Assembly: GCA_947039985.1 (NCBI GenBank)
Contig: CAMRAP010000001.1
Coordinates: 1 to 35,388 of the forward strand
Length of the DNA stretch: 35,388 bases
Source: an uncultured Odoribacter sp.
Lineage (GTDB): Bacteria; Bacteroidota; Bacteroidia; Bacteroidales; Marinifilaceae
Direction of reading: 5' to 3'
Shown here: in pieces, positions 17,785 to 27,489 of the stretch
Layout: each line of letters begins with the position of its first letter
Numbering within the stretch: the first letter of the stretch is position 1
The notes under the pieces: model-generated
What the model saw: the letters and a program-made list of their open reading frames with translations, nothing else
Told to the model about the DNA's origin: nothing
Databases searched by the model: none
Translations under genes and position numbers: made by a program

Positions 17785-18555
17785 ATGAAAACGAAAAAGG
17801 ATATTGTAGAAAACTGGCTCCCTCGGTATACAGGACGAGAATTAAAAGACTTTACAAAGTATATCTTACTCACAAACTTTGAATATTACATCGAACTCTT
17901 TTCAGACCTATTTAAAGTTCCAATTATCGGTGAAGACAAAGCAATGCCAAATGTGTCTTATGGCGGTATCACCTTAATTAATTTTGGTATGGGAAGTCCT
18001 AATGCTGCAACCATACTTGACTTACTTTCTGCCATAGAACCAGAAGCCGTTCTTTTTATGGGAAAATGTGGCGGCTTAAAGGACAATCACTCCTTAGGTG
18101 ATTATATTCTTCCCATTGCAGCTATCAAAGGAGAAGGTACCTCAGATGACTATATGCCACATGAAGTTCCTGCCCTTCCAGCTTTTAGCCTTCAAAAAGC
18201 TTGTTCCAAAGCCATTACAAGCCATGAAAGAAAATACTATACTGGAGTAATATACACAACAAATCGCCGGGTATGGGAATATGATGAAAACTTCAAAGCG
18301 TATTTAACAAAAACAAGAGCAATGGCTGTAGATATGGAAACAGCTACTATCTTTACGGTAGGATTTGCCAATCGTATTCCAACGGGAGCCTTATTATTAG
18401 TATCTGATCGCCCTATGATTTCGGCAGGAGTAAAAACATCTAACTCTGATAAAGAGGTCACTCAAAAATTTGTCAAAGAACACCTCGATATTGGTATCGA
18501 GGTATTAAAACAAATACAAGACAAAAATTATTCAGTCAAGCATCTGATCTTCTAA
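17785..18555 (+). CDS. amn: AMP nucleosidase (Bacteroidetes type, PNP/UDP phosphorylase fold)
   Basis: NWLPRYTG, NFGMGSPNAA, GKCGGL, GEGTSDDY, TTNRRVWE, AVDMETAT, LLLVSD.PM. Confidence 0.92.
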   Translation: MKTKKDIVENWLPRYTGRELKDFTKYILLTNFEYYIELFSDLFKVPIIGEDKAMPNVSYGGITLINFGMGSPNAATILDLLSAIEPEAVLFMGKCGGLKDNHSLGDYILPIAAIKGEGTSDDYMPHEVPALPAFSLQKACSKAITSHERKYYTGVIYTTNRRVWEYDENFKAYLTKTRAMAVDMETATIFTVGFANRIPTGALLLVSDRPMISAGVKTSNSDKEVTQKFVKEHLDIGIEVLKQIQDKNYSVKHLIF

Positions 18556-18557
18556 AT

Positions 18558-18980
18558 ATGACACGACTTATTCTATGGACTGTATTATTCGTTTTTTTCC
18601 TTTCAAATAGTTCTTGTCAAAATAAATCGAAACCGAAGTCAGTAACTGTTACTGACACAGAGGTAGAATGGAAGAAAAACACGCATAACTTTGGAGAAAT
18701 AACGGAAGGAGAAGAGGTTTTGCATACTTTTTATCTTAAAAATACAGGAAAATATCATCTATTGATCAAAAAAATTGATTCAGGTTGCAGTTGTACTCAA
18801 GTTGAGTATGATAAAACACCTATTCCCCCACAAAAAGAGGGCAAAATTGAAATTGTTTTCAACTCTAAGGGAAGATTCGGTAAACAATACAAAGAAATCA
18901 GTATATTTGCCAATATTTCGGACAAAAAAACTAAACTGATATTCACAGCAGACGTAAAAGAAGGAAATAAACAAAAATAA
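18558..18980 (+). CDS. DUF1573 domain-containing lipoprotein
   Basis: Signal peptide ending SSC; HNFGEITEG, KNTG, SGCSCT, PIPP..EGKI. Confidence 0.88.
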   Translation: MTRLILWTVLFVFFLSNSSCQNKSKPKSVTVTDTEVEWKKNTHNFGEITEGEEVLHTFYLKNTGKYHLLIKKIDSGCSCTQVEYDKTPIPPQKEGKIEIVFNSKGRFGKQYKEISIFANISDKKTKLIFTADVKEGNKQK

Positions 18981-19008
18981 TTATAGAATTTATTAACAAA
19001 AACAAATT

Positions 19009-19323
19009 ATGAACACATTAATTATTGCACTACAAGCAGCATCAGTAGGACAAGGATGGCAACAATTTTTACCTTTAATTCTTATCGTAGTGGTTTTTTA
19101 TTTCTTTATGATTCGTCCACAGATGAAAAGACAAAAAGAGTTAAAAAACTTTCGTGAATCTCTAAAAAAAGGAGATAAAGTTGTAACTACTGGAGGTATT
19201 TATGGTAAAGTACTTGAAATGGGCGACTACTATATCATGATGGAGGTTGAAGGACAGAACCGTTTAAAGGTAGATAAATCAGCCGTTATCAAAGATATGA
19301 CTGACGCTGTTCCAGCAAAATAA
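19009..19323 (+). CDS. yajC: Preprotein translocase subunit YajC
   Basis: VFYFFMIRPQMKRQKE..LKKGDKVVTTGGIYGKV. Confidence 0.97.
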   Translation: MNTLIIALQAASVGQGWQQFLPLILIVVVFYFFMIRPQMKRQKELKNFRESLKKGDKVVTTGGIYGKVLEMGDYYIMMEVEGQNRLKVDKSAVIKDMTDAVPAK

Positions 19324-19331
19324 GACTACAT

Positions 19332-19377
19332 ATATCGTTAAGTGGATAAAATATTTCATTGAACCACTTAACGATAT
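19332..19377. terminator. Hairpin after yajC (terminator or mRNA stabiliser)
   Basis: 14-bp inverted repeat ATATCGTTAAGTGG / CCACTTAACGATAT with 18-nt loop, then TGCTTTTT. Confidence 0.55.
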
Positions 19378-19409
19378 TGCTTTTTAGCAATAAATAATTT
19401 TCTATTTTT

Positions 19410-20399
19410 ATGTCTATTATTCAGACGATTAAAGGTGAGCTAATAAAATTAAAAGAGATCCGTTTAAATAAAAACATTATCTCTTATATCATTTGTATTG
19501 TCATTGCTTCAATTTTGTGGTTTTTAAATACGCTTGAGAAAGAGTATACAATAGACTTAACATATCCTGTAAAATACACCAATCTCCCCGACGATAAGTT
19601 ACCAGTAGAAGATTTACCTACCCAGCTACGATTAGTTGTTAGAGCCAAAGGTTCTGCTCTATTAGGCTATAAAATAAAAACTTCTTTTCTTCCTATTACA
19701 CTAAACTTTGATAACTACAGCAAATTATTAGAAGCAAACCAAGGTATTTATGGCTACACGCTCTTAACAAATACGCTTGAAGATAAAATTGCTGGACAAT
19801 TGGGCAATGAAATAAAACTGCTGAATATATATCCAGAAAAAATTACATTTAAATTTGCCACTGCACAGCAAAAAAAAGTGGCTATACACCCGATCATTGA
19901 TCATACTCTGAAAAAACAATATATTCTAACACAGGTATATACAAAACCTGATAGTGTTTGGGTTAGTAGTTCTAGTGCTATTCTAGATACATTACGATAT
20001 ATACCCACAACAAGCTTGTATTTAAATAATATTGATAAAAACATCAGTCGAAAACAAAAATTAGCTCACGTACCCGGCTGTACATTCAAAGAAGAGTCCA
20101 TTGAAATTTTTCTAGAAGTAGAAAAATTTACAGAAGCAAAGCAAAGTATTCCTATCACAGTTATCAATGTTCCAGACTCGATGAATCTTCGTTTATTTCC
20201 AGATAATGTAAAAATTAGCTATGAAATTGGCCTAAGTAAATACGATCAAATTAATGATGATGATTTTATCTTTTCAGTTGAATATCCTAAAAAAGTAAAT
20301 TCTAGCTACCTCGAAATCAAAATAACGAAAGCACCTCTATTCATAAAAAACTTGTCATTTTCTCCAGAAAAGGTAGAATATATCTTAGAAAAAAAATAA
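19410..20399 (+). CDS. YbbR/CdaR-like domain membrane-anchored protein
   Basis: One N-terminal TM helix (..ILWFLN), PVKYTNLP, EKFTE..IPI..NVP..LFP; typical position between yajC and coaE. Confidence 0.78.
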   Translation: MSIIQTIKGELIKLKEIRLNKNIISYIICIVIASILWFLNTLEKEYTIDLTYPVKYTNLPDDKLPVEDLPTQLRLVVRAKGSALLGYKIKTSFLPITLNFDNYSKLLEANQGIYGYTLLTNTLEDKIAGQLGNEIKLLNIYPEKITFKFATAQQKKVAIHPIIDHTLKKQYILTQVYTKPDSVWVSSSSAILDTLRYIPTTSLYLNNIDKNISRKQKLAHVPGCTFKEESIEIFLEVEKFTEAKQSIPITVINVPDSMNLRLFPDNVKISYEIGLSKYDQINDDDFIFSVEYPKKVNSSYLEIKITKAPLFIKNLSFSPEKVEYILEKK

Positions 20400-20401
20400 A
20401 T

Positions 20402-21001
20402 ATGATAGCAATAGGTTTAACTGGGGGGATAGGTTCTGGGAAAAGTAGTATTGCACGCATACTAAAACAGATGGGGTATCCCATTTATATTGCAGACATA
20501 GAGGCTGCACGCTTAATGAACATACACCCAGATATTCAAACAGCTTTAATCACACGCTTTAATAGCTCAGTTTATACTTCAGAAGGGAAAATAAACAAGC
20601 CTTTTTTATCTCAAATTATCTTTAATGATTCGTCTGCTTTGGCAGATATGAATCGAATTGTTCATCCTTATGTAATAGAAGATTTTCAACATTGGAGTAA
20701 GCATCAAAAAAGTAGATTACTGTTTTTCGAATCGGCAATTATTTTCGAAGCAAATCTAAATCAATATTTCACATACACCATTTGTGTTATAGCCCCAGAA
20801 TCCACTCGCATACAAAGAGTTTTAAAGAGGGATCAGATTACACTGAAACAAATTAAAGAGCGTATAAGCAATCAACTTAGCGATAACGAAAAATGTCAAC
20901 AAGCTAATTTTATGATTTATAATGACAACAAAGATATGATTATTAAACAGGTATTAGATGTTATCAGACAAATAGACTTACAAATAATTAAGATACAATA
21001 A
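20402..21001 (+). CDS. coaE: Dephospho-CoA kinase
   Basis: IGLTGGIGSGKS, IVHPYV, ESAIIFE, RIQRVLKRD, RISNQ. Confidence 0.96.
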   Translation: MIAIGLTGGIGSGKSSIARILKQMGYPIYIADIEAARLMNIHPDIQTALITRFNSSVYTSEGKINKPFLSQIIFNDSSALADMNRIVHPYVIEDFQHWSKHQKSRLLFFESAIIFEANLNQYFTYTICVIAPESTRIQRVLKRDQITLKQIKERISNQLSDNEKCQQANFMIYNDNKDMIIKQVLDVIRQIDLQIIKIQ

Positions 21002-21022
21002 CAAACAACTAAAAGAATTTAT

Positions 21023-21760
21023 ATGGCAGCATTTGGAAAATGGCTAGGAGCTGGATTAGGCTTTGCATTAGCAGGTCCATTGGGAGCATTATTAGGTTTA
21101 TTCATCGGTTCTGTACTGGATACTAAAACAGTAAATCCCAATCAAAACAGAAGAGAAAATCCTATTAACAGAAGTGGTGGAAGGGGTGATTTCATGTTTA
21201 GTCTTATTGTTCTCGCCACTTCAATCATGAAAGCAGATGGGCACATCATGCGTTCTGAATTAGATTATGTAAAAGAGTTTCTAAAACAAAACTTTGGACT
21301 TGAAGCTACGCATGAGGCAATGGGTATGATAAAGGAACTGAGTAATCGTGAAATCCCATTAAACGAAGTATGTAGTCAGATCCGTTATAATATGGACATT
21401 CCCTCTAAAACTCAACTACTATACTTTTTATTTGGTGTTGCCAAAGCGGATAATAATGTTTGTGAAAAAGAAATAGAGGCACTGGAAAACATCTCCAATA
21501 TGCTCGGAATTGGTAGTTCTACCTTCAATTCCATCAAATCGATGCACTATAAGGATACAGAATCAGCTTACCAGATCCTAGAAATCAGCAGTACTGCAAC
21601 AAATGAAGAGATAAAAAAGGCATATCGGAAAATGGCTATGGTAAACCATCCTGATAAAGTGAGTCACCTCGGAGAAGATGTTCGACAATCCGCAGAAGAG
21701 AAATTCACCAAAATCAATGCTGCATACGAACAAATAAAGAAGCAGAGAAACATCAATTAA
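21023..21760 (+). CDS. djlA: DjlA-like co-chaperone (TerB-like + C-terminal J domain)
   Basis: Gly-rich N-terminal TM, MKADG..E and AKAD..E TerB motifs, J-domain AYRKMAMVNHPDK. Confidence 0.85.
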   Translation: MAAFGKWLGAGLGFALAGPLGALLGLFIGSVLDTKTVNPNQNRRENPINRSGGRGDFMFSLIVLATSIMKADGHIMRSELDYVKEFLKQNFGLEATHEAMGMIKELSNREIPLNEVCSQIRYNMDIPSKTQLLYFLFGVAKADNNVCEKEIEALENISNMLGIGSSTFNSIKSMHYKDTESAYQILEISSTATNEEIKKAYRKMAMVNHPDKVSHLGEDVRQSAEEKFTKINAAYEQIKKQRNIN

Positions 21761-21784
21761 TTTTCAATTTCCAATTAATTAAAG

Positions 21785-21792
21785 TAATTTTG
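21785..21792 (+). promoter_or_regulatory. -7 promoter element
   Basis: TAATTTTG matches TAnnTTTG, 32 nt before the ATG. Confidence 0.6.
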
Positions 21793-21824
21793 CGATTTAT
21801 TTATAAAACTTCAAATAACTAATT

Positions 21825-22238
21825 ATGTTGAAAGAAATTTTGTCTATTGCGGGAAAGCCTGGCTTACAGAAAATGGTTAGCAATTCATCCAATGCTATTA
21901 TTGTAGAATCACTAATTGATGGTAAACGTTTTCCAGCCTATTCAAACGCAAAAATTATTGCTTTAGAAGATATTTCTATATATACAGAGACTAAAGATAT
22001 GCCGCTAAAGGATGTTTTTAAAATAATGTATACGAAAGAAAATGGAAAAGCAGCATTAAGCCATAAAGAGTCTAGTGAGAAAATTACAGCTTATTTCAGT
22101 GAAATAGTTCCAGACTATGATCAAGATAGAGTATATATTTCTGACATGAAAAAAATTATTCAGTGGTATAACCTCTTAGCTGAAAAAGAAATCCTTAGTT
22201 TTTCTGAAGAAAATGAGGAGAAAGAAGAAACTAAATAA
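21825..22238 (+). CDS. Conserved Bacteroidetes protein (DUF5606 family)
   Basis: ILSIAGKPGL, IVESL, LEDISIYT, PDYDQDRVYISDMKKIIQWYN, acidic tail. Confidence 0.82.
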   Translation: MLKEILSIAGKPGLQKMVSNSSNAIIVESLIDGKRFPAYSNAKIIALEDISIYTETKDMPLKDVFKIMYTKENGKAALSHKESSEKITAYFSEIVPDYDQDRVYISDMKKIIQWYNLLAEKEILSFSEENEEKEETK

Positions 22239-22245
22239 TTTTTTT

Positions 22246-22289
22246 AATAAGACTATTTCAAATAAATTCTATTTTGAAATAGTCTTATT
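22246..22289. terminator. 17-bp inverted repeat hairpin after the DUF5606 gene
   Basis: AATAAGACTATTTCAAA (22246-22262) / TTTGAAATAGTCTTATT (22273-22289). Confidence 0.6.
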
Positions 22290-22302
22290 TAGCATACGAC
22301 TC

Positions 22303-23004
22303 ATGTTCCAATTTAAACAATTCACCATAAAGCAAGATCGTACTCCAATGAAAGTTGGAACTGATGGGGTTTTGCTAGGAGCCTGGGCAGACCTAAAAGA
22401 GGCAAATCACATTTTAGATATAGGCACAGGCACGGGACTTATAGCATTAATGGCAGCACAAAGAAATCCAAACGCTTCTATAGATGCTTTAGAAATTGAA
22501 TCCAATGCTTGCTTACAAGCTCAAGAAAATATTTATGCTAGCTCTTGGGCGAAACGTATTCAGCTTATTCCTAAAGCCCTACAAGATTACTCATCAGATA
22601 TCAAATATAATTCTATTGTATGTAATCCGCCTTTTTTTCATCAATCCACGAAAACTCCTAATCACGGTCGCACACTTGCACGCCACAATGAAACGCTTCT
22701 ACATACAGAATTAATCCAATACGTAGCAAAACTACTCTCTCCACAAGGAAATTTCTGCGTAATACTTCCAACCAATGAAGCACTTTCTATGATTGAATAC
22801 GCCCAACAGCATCAATTATACCCCTCCCATATTACCTATATTCTTCCAACTCCAGAGAAGCCAGCCAAACGTTATCTTATAAAATTCATGACAAAACCCG
22901 AGATTCTATTTGAAGACAAGCTAATTATCGAGCTCAGCAGACACAAATATAGTAAAGAGTATATAGAATTAACCAAAGATTTTTACCTCCATATTGAATC
23001 CTAA
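22303..23004 (+). CDS. yfiC: tRNA1(Val) (adenine(37)-N6)-methyltransferase
   Basis: Family start MFQFKQF at ATG 22303; MKVGTDGVLLGAW, LDIGTGTGLIALM, CNPPFF, ARH. Confidence 0.9.
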   Translation: MFQFKQFTIKQDRTPMKVGTDGVLLGAWADLKEANHILDIGTGTGLIALMAAQRNPNASIDALEIESNACLQAQENIYASSWAKRIQLIPKALQDYSSDIKYNSIVCNPPFFHQSTKTPNHGRTLARHNETLLHTELIQYVAKLLSPQGNFCVILPTNEALSMIEYAQQHQLYPSHITYILPTPEKPAKRYLIKFMTKPEILFEDKLIIELSRHKYSKEYIELTKDFYLHIES

Positions 23005-23106
23005 TATTACTGGTATTCTAAAAAAATACTTTCCCAAAGAGCACTTCTTTATTTTTTAACGATCCATTAACTCAGCTTTCTATTTATTTGCCATATGTTT
23101 GTAAGA

Positions 23107-23198
23107 TCAAACAAGGGTGATTTTTTTCATAAGTTTGTATGTTTAAGTTAGTAGTTAGTAATTAATAAGAGGTTAGGAAACTAATCTCTTATTTTTTT
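23107..23198 (+). ncRNA. Candidate ~90-nt small RNA (5' end estimated)
   Basis: TATGTTTG -7 element at 23094-23101, U-rich body containing UUUUUUUCAU, own strong terminator, no + strand ORF. Confidence 0.45.
23164..23198 (+). terminator. Intrinsic terminator with GAAA tetraloop
   Basis: AATAAGAGGTTAG-GAAA-CTAATCTCTTATT then T5; the single G-U pair fixes + strand orientation. Confidence 0.85.
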
Positions 23199-23246
23199 AT
23201 ATCTTTACATCAAAATAAAATTATTTACAAATACAACACTTTAAGG

Positions 23247-24212
23247 ATGAAGAAAGAAATTACTTTAGGTATTGACATGGGCGGAACCAATACTGCCTTT
23301 GGTTTTATTGATAAAGATGGAAATTATCTTGCAGAAGGAAATATTCCAACAAGCAAACACGAAGACATAAATGATTATTTAAAAGAACTACACCTTGAAA
23401 TTGAAAACGTTTTAGATACAATTCGAGATCAAGTTACTTTAGTTGGAATTGGTATAGGTGCTCCTTGCGGTAACTATCTCAAAGGAACAATTGAGCATGC
23501 TTCTAATCTAAAATGGGACGGTGTTATTCCCTTTTGTGATCTGATTAAAGAATACTACCCTAACCTTCCTGTCTTTTTAACAAATGATGCAAATGCTGCA
23601 ACTATTGGAGAGATGATATATGGGGGAGCAAAAGGGATGAAAGACTTTATCATGATAACACTTGGTACTGGCGTTGGTAGTGGATTTGTTTCTAATGGAC
23701 AATTAATTTATGGCCATGATGGATTTGCTGGAGAGTTTGGTCATATTGTGGTGGCTCCTAATGGACGCCAGTGTGGATGTGGCTTACATGGTTGTTTAGA
23801 AACCTATGTCTCTGCAACAGGTGTTATGCGTTCAGCCTATAAAATGATGGCTAAATATAACTACCCAAGCGAACTGCGTGCTATCCCTTTCTACGATATG
23901 ACATCAAAAATAATTTGTGATGCCGCTCTAAAAGGGGATCTAATTGCTATTAACACCTTCAAATATACAGCAAAAATACTGGGAGAGGCATTAGCAAACA
24001 TTATTACAATTACTAGTCCTGAAGCTATATTTTTAACAGGAGGATTATCAAAAGCTGGCGATCTATTATTCGGTCCTACGAAAGAATATTTAGAAATGAA
24101 TGTATTGAAAATGTTCAGTAATAAAGTCCAGTTATTACCTTCACAATTGACTAAAAATGTAGCTGTATATGGTGCTGCTGCTTTAGCATGGAATGAAATA
24201 AATAAAAAATAA
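23247..24212 (+). CDS. ROK family sugar kinase (glucokinase-like)
   Basis: GIDMGGT, GIGAP, NDANAA, TLGTGVGSG, GEFGH, CGCGLHGCLE; no N-terminal HTH. Confidence 0.93.
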   Translation: MKKEITLGIDMGGTNTAFGFIDKDGNYLAEGNIPTSKHEDINDYLKELHLEIENVLDTIRDQVTLVGIGIGAPCGNYLKGTIEHASNLKWDGVIPFCDLIKEYYPNLPVFLTNDANAATIGEMIYGGAKGMKDFIMITLGTGVGSGFVSNGQLIYGHDGFAGEFGHIVVAPNGRQCGCGLHGCLETYVSATGVMRSAYKMMAKYNYPSELRAIPFYDMTSKIICDAALKGDLIAINTFKYTAKILGEALANIITITSPEAIFLTGGLSKAGDLLFGPTKEYLEMNVLKMFSNKVQLLPSQLTKNVAVYGAAALAWNEINKK

Positions 24213-24222
24213 ACGATATCGG

Positions 24223-24285
24223 ATCCTTGAATTCACGATGAAAAAAACTTAATAAATAAGTTTATTCTATCATAAATTCAAGGAT
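24223..24285. repeat. Long interrupted inverted repeat
   Basis: ATCCTTGAATT / AATTCAAGGAT outer arms; AAACTTA / TAAGTTT inner arms. Confidence 0.75.
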
Positions 24286-24315
24286 TATCATGTAAAAAGT
24301 CTCCCCTATTTTTAT

Positions 24316-24323
24316 TACATTTG
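24316..24323 (+). promoter_or_regulatory. -7 promoter element for the IspD/TarI-Wzi-GT9 unit
   Basis: TACATTTG matches TAnnTTTG. Confidence 0.6.
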
Positions 24324-24344
24324 TGCAGTGGTAAAACTGTGAAA

Positions 24345-25046
24345 ATGAAAAATATAGGAATCATTTTAGCAGGAGGATCAGGACTACGTATGGGTGCTGA
24401 ACTTCCTAAGCAATTTCTTTCTCTAGTAGGAAAAACAATATTGGAACACTCTGTATCGGCTTTTCAAGCGAATCCCTATATCCAGGAAGTCTTTATTGTT
24501 ACTCATTCTGATTATATAGAGACAACAAAAGAAACTGTAAACAAAGAGTGCTATTCTAAAGTAAGTCAAATCCTTGCAGGAGGAAGTGAACGCTACCACT
24601 CTACTCTAGCTGCTTTAAAAGCTTGTCCTGATTCAGAGTGCAATCTCATCATACACGATGCTGTTCGCCCTCTGGTTTCTCAGCAAATGATTACAGACTG
24701 TATATGTGGATTAGAAGATTATAAGGCGTGTACTATTGCTGTTCCATCAACTGATACCATTTTGGTAAGTGATAGTAGTCACTGCTATATTCAAGAAATT
24801 CCTGTACGGAACTTCTTGTTTAACGTACAAACTCCTCAGGCTTTTAAAAAGTCAACTTTAGAGCAGGCTTATTCTCAAGGCTTAAAAGATAGTAGCTTTC
24901 AAGCTACTGACGATTGTGGGGCGGTAAAAAAATACTTGCCTGAGATACAAATAAAAATTATTACGGGCAGTACTTCTAACATCAAAATCACATATCCAGA
25001 AGATTTATTAACTGCCGAAAAAATATTATCTACTTTAAATAAATAA
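24345..25046 (+). CDS. IspD/TarI family cytidylyltransferase
   Basis: ILAGGSGLRMG..PKQF, GGSER, IHDAVRP, VQTPQAF, TDD, NIKITYPEDL; start placed at ATG 24345. Confidence 0.9.
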   Translation: MKNIGIILAGGSGLRMGAELPKQFLSLVGKTILEHSVSAFQANPYIQEVFIVTHSDYIETTKETVNKECYSKVSQILAGGSERYHSTLAALKACPDSECNLIIHDAVRPLVSQQMITDCICGLEDYKACTIAVPSTDTILVSDSSHCYIQEIPVRNFLFNVQTPQAFKKSTLEQAYSQGLKDSSFQATDDCGAVKKYLPEIQIKIITGSTSNIKITYPEDLLTAEKILSTLNK

Positions 25047-26506
25047 TGACTTTACTTTTTATGAAATATATTACATCTATTATCCTGCTAATCATCTGTT
25101 ATTCAAGTCTGTTTTCTCAAAGAAGCTTTGAGTATAAATCATCTACAAGTGGCTTAATTGCTACTGAAAAGACTCTACCCATGTGGGCTACAGCAAACAA
25201 ATATGGAATCATTCCAAACAGCAGAGGCGGTTTATTACAAGCGGGAGTTTTTTCTGATTTTAACCCACAGAAAAAGATACAAGTAGCTTACGGTATTTCA
25301 GGAGCAGGCTATACCACTCAAGCAGAGAATAAAATCATTCTGGATGAATTCTATCTTAGCCTGAAATGGCTGAAAATCCGTCTTGACCTAGGAATGATCC
25401 ACCCAGAAGAGGAGTATAATGGTGTGTCTGCACAAAATGGTAATTTCATGTTCTCAGGCAATAGTCGAAGTATGCCAGGGTATAATCTACATACAGAATA
25501 TATATCAGTGCCATTCACAGACAATGTATTAGCTTTTAAATTCAACTTATCCGACTACACAATGCTGGATGATCGTTTTGTTGATCAAACTAGGGTGCAT
25601 TATAAATCACTATATTTTAAGATTTCACCATGGAAACGATTAGAGTTGATCGGAGGTCTAGACCATAGCGCCCAATGGGCTGGAAATTCACCAATATATG
25701 GAAAACAACCAAGCTCTTTCGATGGCTATATAAAAGTTTTTTTTGGTCGTAGCGGAGGAGCAGGATCTACTATCAGTGATAGCGTTAATGTACTTGGAAA
25801 CCACTTAGGCAATCGTCGCTTTCGAATTAATTATAAAGCAAATAATTTTACTCTATCACTTTACTACGACAATTTTTTTGAAGATGGTAAAATTGACAAC
25901 ATGACAAGTATACCCGATGGTACTTATGGATTATACTATGCCGCAAAAAATAAAAAACAATTGATCAGTGATATTATATATGAATTTACTTATACTAAAT
26001 ATCAATCAGGATCTCGCCATGATCGACCAGCAACAGAAGAAGAAATAAAAAAACAAGATCGAGATACTAATGATTTTTACTATGGTAAGGTTGTTCTAGG
26101 AGGTTGCGACAATAATTTTAACAATGGAGAATACAGAAGTGGCTGGACATACTACGGACGCAGTATTGGTACACCTTTTATCACAACATCTGCTCCTAAT
26201 GCAGAAGGCATCACATTGGGAACATTTAACAATCGAGTGATAGCGCACTATCTAGGAATAAAAGGATATTTCATAAAAAAAGTACCTTATAAACTACGAC
26301 TTTCGTATTCACTAAATTACGGAACATATGGTACATCCTTAGAAGGAACGCCTGAACAGTTTTCATTTGGTTTAGAGGCAGGTATTTTAAGAAAACCCAA
26401 AGCACCTTTTCACATTGATTTAGGCATCTATGGAGACTGTGGAAAATTATTTGATAATACCTTTGGCTTATCATTGAGCTTTAGTCGAAATGGACTTATC
26501 AAATAA
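25046..26506 (+). CDS. Capsule assembly Wzi-family outer-membrane protein
   Basis: Signal peptide; LPMWATANKYG, SGNSRSMP, HYKSLY, QWAG, GNHLG, NNGEYRSGWTYYGRSIGTP, NNRVIAHYLG. Confidence 0.78.
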   Translation: MTLLFMKYITSIILLIICYSSLFSQRSFEYKSSTSGLIATEKTLPMWATANKYGIIPNSRGGLLQAGVFSDFNPQKKIQVAYGISGAGYTTQAENKIILDEFYLSLKWLKIRLDLGMIHPEEEYNGVSAQNGNFMFSGNSRSMPGYNLHTEYISVPFTDNVLAFKFNLSDYTMLDDRFVDQTRVHYKSLYFKISPWKRLELIGGLDHSAQWAGNSPIYGKQPSSFDGYIKVFFGRSGGAGSTISDSVNVLGNHLGNRRFRINYKANNFTLSLYYDNFFEDGKIDNMTSIPDGTYGLYYAAKNKKQLISDIIYEFTYTKYQSGSRHDRPATEEEIKKQDRDTNDFYYGKVVLGGCDNNFNNGEYRSGWTYYGRSIGTPFITTSAPNAEGITLGTFNNRVIAHYLGIKGYFIKKVPYKLRLSYSLNYGTYGTSLEGTPEQFSFGLEAGILRKPKAPFHIDLGIYGDCGKLFDNTFGLSLSFSRNGLIK

Positions 26507-26508
26507 AA

Positions 26509-27489
26509 ATGATGAAGAGCATGAAGCATATTATCATAAGAACCCCTAATTTTATTGGAGATAGCATAAATATCACCCCATGCCTCCAACTCATAAAAAA
26601 GGAATACCCAAATGCTAAAATTACTATCGTATGCCCAGATATTGTGGCTGATGTATTTAAGTATGATACTCAAATATCATCATGCATCACTTTTCCACTG
26701 GCTAAAAAAAATAAGTTTGCTACCTATTGGCATATCTACAGGGAAACAAGAAAACTGAAAGGTGATCTAGGTATTATTTTTATAAACACCTTTATATCTG
26801 CCCTACTATTTAAATTAGCTGGAATAAAATGTAATATTGGCTATAAAAATGAAGGGCGTGGCTTTCTGCTAGATTTCAAGCCTCGTATTAACCGAAACAA
26901 GCACTATATTAACCATTATACAAACCTATTCAATGAATTTATAGGTAATAAATACTCTACTCTACCGGAGCTTTATCTACCTATAAGTGGCCATAAAACC
27001 TTTAATTTTACCAATCAGCAAAAAACAATTGGTTTTTATCCTGGAGGATCTCATAAAAGTCCACGTAATTATCCTGAGGCTCATTCGATTCAACTGATCC
27101 AATTGCTTAATCAACAAAAATATAATGTTGTTTTAATTGGAGATCAAAAAGATAATGAGCAGCAAGCAGCCTATATAAAAAAAGCCAACTGTGATCATAT
27201 TATCAATCTAACAGGACAAACTAACATTGAAGATCTATTCAATACTATTTCTCATCTCGATCTAATTATCACTATCGATTCAGCTGCAATGCATGCTGCT
27301 TCAGCTTTAAAAATTCCATTTATTGCTTTAATGGGACTTTCAACAAGTCCTACATCAGCCATCACCCCTAAAGTAGATTTTGGTAAAATTCTAAAAATAG
27401 AAAACAGTATGATTCGTGAAGAGGAGTATATGAAAAATATTACCCCAAATATTATTGTTAAGGAAGTGAGTAAAACGCTCTCGTTATAA
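26509..27489 (+). CDS. Glycosyltransferase family 9 (WaaF-like heptosyltransferase II family)
   Basis: RTPNFIGDS..TP, NLTGQT, ITIDSAAMHAASALKIPFIALMG. Confidence 0.9.
   Translation: MMKSMKHIIIRTPNFIGDSINITPCLQLIKKEYPNAKITIVCPDIVADVFKYDTQISSCITFPLAKKNKFATYWHIYRETRKLKGDLGIIFINTFISALLFKLAGIKCNIGYKNEGRGFLLDFKPRINRNKHYINHYTNLFNEFIGNKYSTLPELYLPISGHKTFNFTNQQKTIGFYPGGSHKSPRNYPEAHSIQLIQLLNQQKYNVVLIGDQKDNEQQAAYIKKANCDHIINLTGQTNIEDLFNTISHLDLIITIDSAAMHAASALKIPFIALMGLSTSPTSAITPKVDFGKILKIENSMIREEEYMKNITPNIIVKEVSKTLSL

Noticed and set aside
22213-22302. 30-aa N-terminal extension of the tRNA methyltransferase
   Set aside because: It overlaps the upstream gene and crosses a 17-bp hairpin; the family-typical start MFQFKQF is at 22303
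23107-23130. Minus-strand mini-ORF MKKITLV*
   Set aside because: Only 7 codons with no supporting minus-strand promoter seen; promoter and terminator polarity favour a + strand RNA, though a gene relic cannot be excluded
24321-24344. TTG start for the IspD/TarI gene
   Set aside because: The TTG is part of the TACATTTG promoter element; ATG 24345 gives a family-typical start
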